From a virus, in the IMG/VR virus record IMGVR_UViG_3300032294_002710, positions 32,001 to 96,000 of that record: a stretch of 64,000 nt of DNA. One strand, 5' to 3'. The position numbers were made by a program, and so were the translations under genes. The stretch's first letter is position 1. The number at the start of each line of letters is the position of its first letter. This document shows positions 40,511-49,142 of this stretch, piece after piece. The notes under the pieces were generated by a model, which searched no databases, was not told the origin of the DNA, and saw only the letters and a program-made list of their open reading frames with translations.

Positions 40511-41333
40511 AGCTGATAAGTATTATATAAATAATCTTGTAAATATTATGAGTGGGGGATCTTTTGATGAGAATCCAAGACCAAAATGGTCGGATGGTAT
40601 CTCAGCACACTCAAAATTTATCACACAAGTATTTGAAGAGTATGATATATCTAAAGGTGAATTTCCAATTACTACACTGAGAAATACAGCTATTAAAACC
40701 GGAATTAAAGAAGTTCTTTGGATTTATCAGAAACAAACCAGTTCATTAAAAGTGGCTCGTGAGATGGGTATTAATTGGTGGGATGAGTGGAATATAGGTG
40801 ATGATACTATCGGTCAACGATATGGCGCTACAATTCAAAGATATGACTTAATGAATAAGTTATTAAAAAGTCTTAAAGAAGATCCGTTTTCTAGAAGACA
40901 TATTATTAATATGTATCAAGAGTCTGATATGAACGAGACAAAAGGATTACATCCTTGTGCATTTGAGACCCTATGGTCTGTTAGAAAAATTGATGGTAAT
41001 TTTTATCTTGATTTAACTCTTAATCAAAGAAGTAATGATTATATAATGGCTGGATATATAAATAAGATACAATATGTTGCCTTACAAATGATGGTCGCTT
41101 CTCATTTAGGATATAAACCAGGTAAATTCTGTCACTTTGTTCAGAATTTACACATTTATGATAGACATTTTGAGGCGGCTAATGAGATATTAGATAGGAG
41201 ATCAACAAATAAACAACCAAGTATATCATTAAAATCAGATAAGAACTTCTATGATTTTACAATAGAAGACTTTGAAATACATAATACAGATGGTATTAAA
41301 AAGCTAAGTTTTGATTTAGAAATAGCTGTTTAA
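40497..41333 (+). CDS. thyA: Thymidylate synthase
   Basis: PFSRRHI, LHPCA, NQRSND, NKIQY, NLHIYDRH. Confidence 0.95.
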   Translation: MKMIKADKYYINNLVNIMSGGSFDENPRPKWSDGISAHSKFITQVFEEYDISKGEFPITTLRNTAIKTGIKEVLWIYQKQTSSLKVAREMGINWWDEWNIGDDTIGQRYGATIQRYDLMNKLLKSLKEDPFSRRHIINMYQESDMNETKGLHPCAFETLWSVRKIDGNFYLDLTLNQRSNDYIMAGYINKIQYVALQMMVASHLGYKPGKFCHFVQNLHIYDRHFEAANEILDRRSTNKQPSISLKSDKNFYDFTIEDFEIHNTDGIKKLSFDLEIAV

Positions 41334-41351
41334 AAAAATTAATAAAACAAT

Positions 41352-41843
41352 ATGCAAGAAGAATTAGACCCAATTTATGAACTTATAGTTTCACAGGTTA
41401 AAAATATAGACCGTGATGATTTAACAGATGATGTTGATCAAGGTCCAAAATCTAATCAAGTTGAAAAACAAATGGTTTATATCTGGATTAGGCTTTATAT
41501 AAAAGAAGAATTGTCTGATATAAAAGAAGGTGATGACTTTAGTATTAAGTATTTACCATCTGGTGAGAAATTGATGACAAAGTTTATTTGTTTCGGAAAA
41601 AAGAACTCATTTAAAGATGCTGAAGACTTCAATCAAATTCAAATTACAACTGAGGATGATACTAAATGTTTGTGTTTAATGGTTAATGAAGATGAAATTC
41701 AAACTGGTGAACATATTCCATTTATTAGATCGCTATTTAAAGTTTCAAAACACTTTGAATATCAAGTTTATTTGAGAGAAGAATTGGAATTTAAAAACGA
41801 GAGAACTGGTCAATCTGTTGAATATATTGATTGTGATTTCTAA
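41352..41843 (+). CDS. Hypothetical protein
   Basis: 163-aa ORF. Confidence 0.6.
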   Translation: MQEELDPIYELIVSQVKNIDRDDLTDDVDQGPKSNQVEKQMVYIWIRLYIKEELSDIKEGDDFSIKYLPSGEKLMTKFICFGKKNSFKDAEDFNQIQITTEDDTKCLCLMVNEDEIQTGEHIPFIRSLFKVSKHFEYQVYLREELEFKNERTGQSVEYIDCDF

Positions 41844-41882
41844 TTACAGAGTATAGATTGAAGAAAAAATAAATCAATTTTT

Positions 41883-42077
41883 ATGATACAATGTAAAATA
41901 AAAGAACTTAAAGAAATTAACAAATTGATTGACCTGAGAAGCTCAAGTGATATATCAATTGAAAGTCATAAGGAAAAAAGAGACCAATTGATTTCTGAAC
42001 TTGAAGAGGAGTTGATGAAATTAAATGACTTTGATAACTGGAAAGAATGGAAAAACTTTCAAATTTTTGATTTTTAG
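41883..42077 (+). CDS. Small hypothetical protein
   Basis: 64-aa ORF. Confidence 0.5.
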   Translation: MIQCKIKELKEINKLIDLRSSSDISIESHKEKRDQLISELEEELMKLNDFDNWKEWKNFQIFDF

Positions 42078-42484
42078 TCTCTAAAAACAAAAACAAATCT
42101 TGATGTTCCTATTCCGAATGATTGTAAATATTGATTTCCGTAGGCTGTTAATAATTCACAATTAAATTCGGATTGAAATCTTTTTAATAAATCTTCACAA
42201 TCTTGATTAAATTCATACAATGTTGTATAGAAGTCATTTGGTCCAGATAGGTCGCAGTGTATTATTAAATTGACATCTTTAATGTTTTTAATATGCTTTC
42301 CTATATTTATCCTACTATGATAGTCTCTAACGTTATAAGATTTAATAAACGAGTATCTAATATCGTTTGAATCTATTGAGTTTTCAACCATATCCCATTT
42401 ATCAACAAGATCTTGAAATATATCTTTTATTTCTTCGATGTTTGGATTATTTGAGAAACTTTCAAATTTTGAAATAATATACAT
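42074..42484 (-). CDS. Hypothetical protein with ISKFESF N-terminus
   Basis: Shared N-terminal motif and EIKDIFQDL, similar to 21858. Confidence 0.55.
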   Translation of the reverse strand: MYIISKFESFSNNPNIEEIKDIFQDLVDKWDMVENSIDSNDIRYSFIKSYNVRDYHSRINIGKHIKNIKDVNLIIHCDLSGPNDFYTTLYEFNQDCEDLLKRFQSEFNCELLTAYGNQYLQSFGIGTSRFVFVFRD

Positions 42485-42512
42485 GACATATATATAAAAT
42501 TAAAAAGCAAAC

Positions 42513-44054
42513 GTGTTAGTAGATACTCAATATTTAATAAATCATAGAAAACTAGTTGTTAGTTATGTTGATAAGTCAGGTGATATTAAGTTAAAATATT
42601 TTGATTGGCAAACTCCTCTTAAATATGTAACTTGTGAGGATAACGATCCCCAGAGACATCCAGATTATAAATCTTGGGATGGAAAGCATGTTAAGCAGAT
42701 AGAGGTAAATCATCCAGATCGATATGCAGTTTATGAATTTCTTGATGCTCTTCCAGAAAAAGAGAAAGAGGAAATTTTTGAATTTAATCTTCCTAAGATA
42801 TTTTTTATAGATATCGAGACTGAGATAATTGATGGATTTCCAGAGGCTGCTGATATAAAAGATGCCGCTGGAAATGTTATTAAAGAAGGTGCCTCTACAC
42901 AAGTTTTATCTATATCTATTGTTTATGACGATAAAATAATTCTTTTGGGGTTGAAAGATATGCCTCAAGATATGCAGGATCGTATAATAAACAATAGTAA
43001 TAAATATTTTGAAAAGTCAAAAGTTGAATACAAATTCAAATATGTTAGATATGAAAGTGAATTTGATATGATGTATGACTTTTTTCATAAGATGGTTCCA
43101 AAAATGCCACTTATAACCGGTTGGAACTTCTTAAACTATGACTGGTTATACTTAGTAAATAGATCTAGAAAGATATCAAAATGGGTAAATGGAAAAGAGA
43201 TAAAAATAGACCCAGCCGTTTCATCTCCAACTAAAAGATTAAATAAAGTTTGGTCAACTGATTATGAAGTTCCAGCTCATAGAATGATATTCGACTACAT
43301 GCAACTGTATGAAATTTGTGACACATCTATTAAGGTTAAAGAAAGCTCATCATTGGATTTTGTTTCAAATAAGTTAGTTGGTGTGGATAAAATTAAATAT
43401 TCCGGCTCTCTCCAAAAACTTTATGAAGACGACTTTGAAACTTTTATGTATTATAACGCTGTTGACTCCGTTTTGGTGCAAAAGATACATGAAGCCAGAA
43501 ATTATATTTCTATTATTTTCGCTATTTCTGCCCTTGCTAGAATTCGTGTTGTAGATATTGTGTCTCAGATGAATAATGCTCTTGGTTCACTTGCTATCAC
43601 TGAAGGTGTGCTCAGAAATAGATTCCGAGATATGGAAAACATTATCTTATTTAAAGACGAAAATGCTGTTCGTGGTGGTGAATCAGGAATTGCTGGTGGT
43701 TGGGTAAAAGATCCAGTTGTTGGTATGAATAAGTGGTGTGTTATTTATGACTTTGCCTCACTTTATCCTACAACTCAACTTCAGTTCTTTATCGCACCAG
43801 AAACATTTGTTGGTGTTAAAACTGAACAAGAAGCTGACTACTGTTTCAATGGTAATCAGAGAATTAAAATTGATTTAGATAAACACGTTGTCTGTGTAAA
43901 TGGTGTTGTCTTCGAGAAGAGATATTCACCAACACTGAAGATGTTGGATGATGTCTACGCTGACCGTAAAAAGAATAAGAAAATCATGATGGCTAAAAAA
44001 GAAGAGTATAAAGCTGTTATGGATGAAATAAAAAAATTAGAAGCCGAATTATAA
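42513..44054 (+). CDS. gp43: Family B DNA polymerase, N-terminal part (exonuclease plus motif A) of a split gene
   Basis: ExoI DIETE, ExoII GWNFLNYD, ExoIII YNAVD and motif A YDFASLYP; ends before KxxxNSxYG and YGDTDS. Confidence 0.88.
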   Translation: MLVDTQYLINHRKLVVSYVDKSGDIKLKYFDWQTPLKYVTCEDNDPQRHPDYKSWDGKHVKQIEVNHPDRYAVYEFLDALPEKEKEEIFEFNLPKIFFIDIETEIIDGFPEAADIKDAAGNVIKEGASTQVLSISIVYDDKIILLGLKDMPQDMQDRIINNSNKYFEKSKVEYKFKYVRYESEFDMMYDFFHKMVPKMPLITGWNFLNYDWLYLVNRSRKISKWVNGKEIKIDPAVSSPTKRLNKVWSTDYEVPAHRMIFDYMQLYEICDTSIKVKESSSLDFVSNKLVGVDKIKYSGSLQKLYEDDFETFMYYNAVDSVLVQKIHEARNYISIIFAISALARIRVVDIVSQMNNALGSLAITEGVLRNRFRDMENIILFKDENAVRGGESGIAGGWVKDPVVGMNKWCVIYDFASLYPTTQLQFFIAPETFVGVKTEQEADYCFNGNQRIKIDLDKHVVCVNGVVFEKRYSPTLKMLDDVYADRKKNKKIMMAKKEEYKAVMDEIKKLEAEL

Positions 44055-44072
44055 TTCGTATATTTGTAAAAT

Positions 44073-45740
44073 ATGTCACTAAAAAAAGATTTACTTAAAT
44101 ATCAGCCTCGCAAAGAGCAACAAGAATGTATCGATTTTATCGATTCTGAATATAAAAAGAATAAGGAAAATAAATTCTTCCTTCTTAATCTACCGGTGGG
44201 TACTGGAAAATCACACTTAGCATTGATGATTGCTGATTGGTATTTGAAAAATGTCAATGGTAATGCTAAATTTGACGTTATTACAAATAGTAAGATTCTT
44301 CAAGATCAATATGTAGAGACATATGATTCTATTAACGATTTAAAAGGTAAAGAAAATTATGAGTGTGCTCAGTATTCTTGTTCTTGTGCACAAGGTAATG
44401 AATTTAATAGACTAAATAAGTCAAGTTGTGAATTTTGTCCACATTCATCTGCTAGAGATGGATATGTATCAGGTAGAATGTCTTTGACCAATTTTTATCT
44501 TTACATTCTTTTCCAACTCTATATGACAAAAATGATGGACGCTAGAGGTGGTAATGTATTGATAGTAGATGAAGCACATGATTTTGATGATGTGATGTCT
44601 GATTTCATCACGATTAAAATAACAGAAACGGTTGTTAAGAGATTAAAGTTCTCTAATGAAGATAAGATTATAAAAGAACTTAAAAAAATCACTACTATTA
44701 GTGGTTATATTGATTTTCTAAAAGAGCTGCAAGGTGAGATTGCCACCACTATATCAGATGTTGAGAGAACACTGAATGCTGAGAAGAGAAATGTTAAGTC
44801 GGTTAAAAGAGAAAATGCTGTTAATAAGGTCTTGGGTGGTAAGAACTCAGATATTAAGTTAATGCAAGTTATTACAGATCTACAACAATATCAGTCTAAA
44901 ATTGAAATTTTCTTAAATGAGTATAAGGCAAATCCTAATAATTGGGTATTAGAGTCAAATTATAATGAAAAGACTAAACAGAAGGAACTATCATTAGAAC
45001 CAATTTGGGCGTTTGACTACCTTGATAAGTATGTTTTCTCTAAGTATGATATGGTATTTCTAATGTCTGGAACTATTTTAGATAAAAGTCTATTTTGTCA
45101 ACTTAATGGTTTAGATGTTGAAAAGGCTGTTTATTACTCAATTGAATCTCCTTTCCCTGTTAAAAATAGACCAATATACTATATGCCATTAGGAAAGATG
45201 TCATATAAATCGAAAGAAGAGACTTTTAAAAACTATGTTCCCTTTCTTCAGAAGATATTGAATAAATATCCTGATAAGAAAGGTATAATTCATAGTAACT
45301 CTTTTGAACTAGCCAGTTGGATTGCTCGTGATGTTAAAGATCCAAGATTGGTATATCACGACTCTTCTAATAAAGATTTAGTTCTACAAGAACATTACGC
45401 TACTGACAAACCAACTGTTATAGTATCTCCGAGTATGGATACAGGCGTGAGTTTTGATGATGATAAGGCTAGATTTCAAGTGATTGCTAAAATTCCTTAT
45501 CCAAGTTTGGCTTCTCAAAAGAATAAATTAAGACAGAAGAATAACCCAGAGTGGTATACTTGGAAAACAATTTCTGGACTTATTCAAATGACAGGAAGAG
45601 CAGTTAGATCAAGTGAGGATTATGCTGATACTATTATAATTGATGGATCTTTTTCAGACCTATTGAAATACTCTGGTCAATATTTTCCACATTGGTTTCA
45701 AGAGGCGATTAAAAAGGTTAATGTTAAGATTAATGTCTAA
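44073..45740 (+). CDS. DinG/XPD-family SF2 helicase
   Basis: PVGTGKS, KGKENYEC Cys cluster, DEAH, MSGT, KIPYPS, QMTGRAVRS. Confidence 0.88.
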   Translation: MSLKKDLLKYQPRKEQQECIDFIDSEYKKNKENKFFLLNLPVGTGKSHLALMIADWYLKNVNGNAKFDVITNSKILQDQYVETYDSINDLKGKENYECAQYSCSCAQGNEFNRLNKSSCEFCPHSSARDGYVSGRMSLTNFYLYILFQLYMTKMMDARGGNVLIVDEAHDFDDVMSDFITIKITETVVKRLKFSNEDKIIKELKKITTISGYIDFLKELQGEIATTISDVERTLNAEKRNVKSVKRENAVNKVLGGKNSDIKLMQVITDLQQYQSKIEIFLNEYKANPNNWVLESNYNEKTKQKELSLEPIWAFDYLDKYVFSKYDMVFLMSGTILDKSLFCQLNGLDVEKAVYYSIESPFPVKNRPIYYMPLGKMSYKSKEETFKNYVPFLQKILNKYPDKKGIIHSNSFELASWIARDVKDPRLVYHDSSNKDLVLQEHYATDKPTVIVSPSMDTGVSFDDDKARFQVIAKIPYPSLASQKNKLRQKNNPEWYTWKTISGLIQMTGRAVRSSEDYADTIIIDGSFSDLLKYSGQYFPHWFQEAIKKVNVKINV

Positions 45741-46470
45741 GTGATTTAAATATAGTCACACATTTTTCAATAGCTTCTATACCTTTTTGGTCAAATTTAA
45801 ATTGTTTAGATTTAGCACTTTCAACTAAATTTGAGTCTTGATATTTTGATTTTTCACTATCAGGTATTGACCATAAATTCACAACAGCCCATTCATCCTG
45901 AGACATTACTATTGCTGATAGTTCTTTTTTATGTGTGGATATAAAATCATCTAATGATCCTTTTTCAAAGGTTATTGTAAATCCTGCTGGAATACTTCCT
46001 TGTTGTTCTTTATTGATGTCTAATTTTAGAATTGTTCTTAAATTTCGATATTCACTACTATTTTCAATACTGGGTATCATAGATTCAGTGTCCCACTCAT
46101 AAAACTGTAGACCTAAAACTTTTTCTACATACTCTTTAAACTCTTCAAATGACTTTACATCTTTATTAGATGGTGCCTCATTATCTCTGAATTTTAACAT
46201 AAATTGACAATAGTGCTTACCATCCAATATACCCATATAAACATGTAGTTTATCATTTATAGATTCATATCCAATTGATGTCATTCTATTATTCAATTCA
46301 ATAACATCTTTCATGAATTGAATTCTATCTGTTTCAAATATTCTACCTGTTATTGTTATAAATCCTTGAAATACATCAGAATCCATTTCATATCCTGAAT
46401 CTTTAAGGTCTAATAAAAGGTCATCAATTTCTTGTTTAGAAAGTGACTCATTGAATTTTATAATTCTCAT
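45730..46470 (-). CDS. Hypothetical protein with IIKFNES N-terminus
   Basis: Shared N-terminal motif; late motif at 46475. Confidence 0.6.
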   Translation of the reverse strand: MRIIKFNESLSKQEIDDLLLDLKDSGYEMDSDVFQGFITITGRIFETDRIQFMKDVIELNNRMTSIGYESINDKLHVYMGILDGKHYCQFMLKFRDNEAPSNKDVKSFEEFKEYVEKVLGLQFYEWDTESMIPSIENSSEYRNLRTILKLDINKEQQGSIPAGFTITFEKGSLDDFISTHKKELSAIVMSQDEWAVVNLWSIPDSEKSKYQDSNLVESAKSKQFKFDQKGIEAIEKCVTIFKSLRH

Positions 46471-46486
46471 AGAGTATATATTAAAA

Positions 46487-46515
46487 CAAAAAACCCACTC
46501 ATTTGAGTGGGTTTT
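46487..46515 (-). terminator. Intrinsic terminator
   Basis: aaaacccactc-attt-gagtgggtttt. Confidence 0.8.
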
Positions 46516-46518
46516 GAT

Positions 46519-47037
46519 TTATTTCTTTTTAGCTTCAATCGCTTTTCTTAAACCTTCTGGTAGTTTTTTCTGTGCTGCTGTGAGACCTTTTCCTTCTTTC
46601 TTATCTTCTTTAGCATCTTTAGCTGCTTTTTTCATAGATTCTTCTTTATCTCCGTCTTTGTCTAAATCTAAGAAATCTGGTTTAGATTTCTTTTTACCTT
46701 TTTTATATGAATTATTTTTAGCCTCGAAACTCATAATATGTCTTCCTTCTTCTGAAAATGATGGTACATCACCTTCCTCTTCTTCTGAAGAGTCATAAAG
46801 ATCTTCTCTATTAAAATCACCTTCTTCTTCGTCTGAAGCAAATGCGTCTTCACGATCCCAATCTCCTTCTTCCGAAGAAATTTCATCAGGCATAACATCT
46901 GACAATTCTTCATCAGAATCAAAATCAGTTTCCATTTCTCCTGATCTCATTTTTTTAGCGTAGTCAATAAATTCTTGCTCATCAGAATCAACATCTGGAG
47001 AAAGATAAAAGTTTTCGAATTTTTTTAAGTGTTTCAT
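46519..47037 (-). CDS. Acidic/basic low-complexity protein with MKHLKKFEN N-terminus and EF-hand-like DLDKDGD
   Basis: Translation; late motif at 47059. Confidence 0.65.
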   Translation of the reverse strand: MKHLKKFENFYLSPDVDSDEQEFIDYAKKMRSGEMETDFDSDEELSDVMPDEISSEEGDWDREDAFASDEEEGDFNREDLYDSSEEEEGDVPSFSEEGRHIMSFEAKNNSYKKGKKKSKPDFLDLDKDGDKEESMKKAAKDAKEDKKEGKGLTAAQKKLPEGLRKAIEAKKK

Positions 47038-47107
47038 ATAAAGGTTTTTTATTTTAATTATATATTAAACAATTTATTTCAAATTATTGATTTTTATATA
47101 TAATAAG

Positions 47108-48289
47108 ATGAAAATCCTAAACTTTTTTGACTTTATTTTTGAAAACTTCAAGAAGATTGAAGTTCCCTTTCAATTTTGCACAGAATTTGACTATGTTATA
47201 AGAGAGATTGATAGTCCTATATCAAAAGCTTTTTTTGATCTAAGACTAAAAAACTGTGATATATCATTAATTAATATTGGTGATGAGACTGATACTGCTA
47301 CTTTTACAACTTCAACTAAGCTATCTCAACATTTTAATACAGAAAGTGAAAAGCAATTAACTACTTTAATACAGCCTTTAACCAGAAATACTGAAATATA
47401 TTCTAAGAATAGAACAACTATTAAAATAGGAAGGCTTATTCGTAAATTATTTGGTACAAAGTTTAGTGATGTTGAGATTGAGAAATTTGTAAATCAATAC
47501 AAATCAAGTTTAGATTCTAAGATTACAAATTTTGAAATTTGGGAAGGTTCTAGAATAAAAGAAGGATATATGTCTAAGAACTACACATATGATGGTGCTA
47601 GTTCAAATCCATTAATAAATTCTTGCATGAATGATGAAATTGAACTTGTCGATTTCTATAATTATGTTCCCGTAAAATTACTTGTTATGTTGAATAACGA
47701 GAGGCATATCTTTGGAAGATCTTTGATTTGGAAAACTGATAGAGGTCTTTTTATGGATAGAGTTTATTGTGCTTTTGACTCGGACTATTATAAGTTTATT
47801 GACTATGCTAAAAAGAATAATATAATTTATAAGGCTGAAAATAAAAGTGGATGTCAGACAAAATATGTAAAGGGTGATGTTACTTCTTGGTTTCCGATGA
47901 TTGTTAGTTTAAAATTTGAGGTTGAGACTTATAATCAAGAAGATTTCACAGAAGATCCTAAGGACTTTCCATATATGGATACTTTTATTTATGGCCAGAA
48001 AAATAGATTAAGTAATTATGAACCACTTGATGATAGTTATTATGTCTTGACAGATACTGATGGTGGCTTTTTGGAAGTTACTCCTGTTTATGATATAAAT
48101 GGTCAAAGAATTGAGACTGATCAAATTGAAAATTATGAATGGTCAAATACTCAAAATGGTTGGATTTATAATAAAGATGTTGTTTACGTATCTTCGGTCC
48201 AAGATTATTTATCTCTTGATTACTTAAAAGATCCTGAAAATGGTTTCACTTGGTCATCAAAAACAGGATGGATTAAAAATGGAAAATAA
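47108..48289 (+). CDS. SC(M/Q)/GRALLW family protein, paralog 2
   Basis: KIGRLIR, EIEKFVN, NSCM, GRSLIW, MDRVY, FPYMDT; ATG start at 47108 preferred. Confidence 0.65.
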   Translation: MKILNFFDFIFENFKKIEVPFQFCTEFDYVIREIDSPISKAFFDLRLKNCDISLINIGDETDTATFTTSTKLSQHFNTESEKQLTTLIQPLTRNTEIYSKNRTTIKIGRLIRKLFGTKFSDVEIEKFVNQYKSSLDSKITNFEIWEGSRIKEGYMSKNYTYDGASSNPLINSCMNDEIELVDFYNYVPVKLLVMLNNERHIFGRSLIWKTDRGLFMDRVYCAFDSDYYKFIDYAKKNNIIYKAENKSGCQTKYVKGDVTSWFPMIVSLKFEVETYNQEDFTEDPKDFPYMDTFIYGQKNRLSNYEPLDDSYYVLTDTDGGFLEVTPVYDINGQRIETDQIENYEWSNTQNGWIYNKDVVYVSSVQDYLSLDYLKDPENGFTWSSKTGWIKNGK

Positions 48290-48299
48290 TATATAACTA

Positions 48300-49142
48300 A
48301 TGAAAGTTTTAAATTTTGAAAAGTATCAATTGGCTGAAGATTTATCTAATTTTATAGCAAATCCAACTATTAATGAATCTGATAATAAAGATTCACAAAT
48401 TAATGGTATTTTAAAGAAGTTATCTCAAGATTTAAAATTTAACTACGGATTAGTTTTCACTTTCGGTGTTGGTGTTAGAGTAATGTATCCAATTGTTGAG
48501 GGATTAATAACAAATGGTAGTTTAAAGGTGGAACCCACTATGGAGAATATTGTATTAGTTAGTATCGCTGCATTAACAATTACATACTTGGAAGAGTCAA
48601 AGAATAAAGCAGGTGATGCTGAAGTACCTTGTAATTGTAAAAATAAATCTAAGGATTGTGAAAAATGTAGTGGTACCGGTATGATTAAAAGTATTGTCAC
48701 TAAACAAGATGCTAGAACAATTCTTGAAGAACTTAAATTAAGAGGAATTGGTAATGGAATTGTTAGGAAAATGGTTGAATGTTTTAAATTTTTAGGTTCA
48801 GTATTGAAGGCATTGTTCAAAAATACACCATATGTTGTAAATGGACTTATAGATATGTTAGCATATACATCAGTTTTAATACCTGCGATGAATGGAATCA
48901 GTGCAATAGTTGGTAAGTATGATCTTAACATTGATACTTTAATTGGTAACTCGGCGGCAATTGCCTTGGGTATTTCTACATTTTTAACAAAATATGGATT
49001 TGATTGGTTAGTTAAGAAATTCAAAAATAAATTTGGATTTGATACTAAAAATCTTGATGTTCCTACAGTTATTAAACCTTATGATATTGGTGACGCTGAG
49101 AGTGATAACTTAGGTGATAACAAATTAATTAAAGAACAGTGA
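48300..49142 (+). CDS. Membrane protein with a Zn-finger insert (CxC...CxxCxGxG)
   Basis: Several hydrophobic helices; CNCKNKSKDCEKCSGTG. Confidence 0.6.
   Translation: MKVLNFEKYQLAEDLSNFIANPTINESDNKDSQINGILKKLSQDLKFNYGLVFTFGVGVRVMYPIVEGLITNGSLKVEPTMENIVLVSIAALTITYLEESKNKAGDAEVPCNCKNKSKDCEKCSGTGMIKSIVTKQDARTILEELKLRGIGNGIVRKMVECFKFLGSVLKALFKNTPYVVNGLIDMLAYTSVLIPAMNGISAIVGKYDLNIDTLIGNSAAIALGISTFLTKYGFDWLVKKFKNKFGFDTKNLDVPTVIKPYDIGDAESDNLGDNKLIKEQ

Noticed and set aside
44040-44075. Intron or intein explaining the truncated PolB
   Set aside because: Only an 18-nt gap containing a promoter precedes the helicase, and no intein motifs or downstream polymerase exon were seen.
48443-49024. 193-aa antisense ORF
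   Set aside because: Shadow of the + strand membrane protein gene, with no recognisable motifs.
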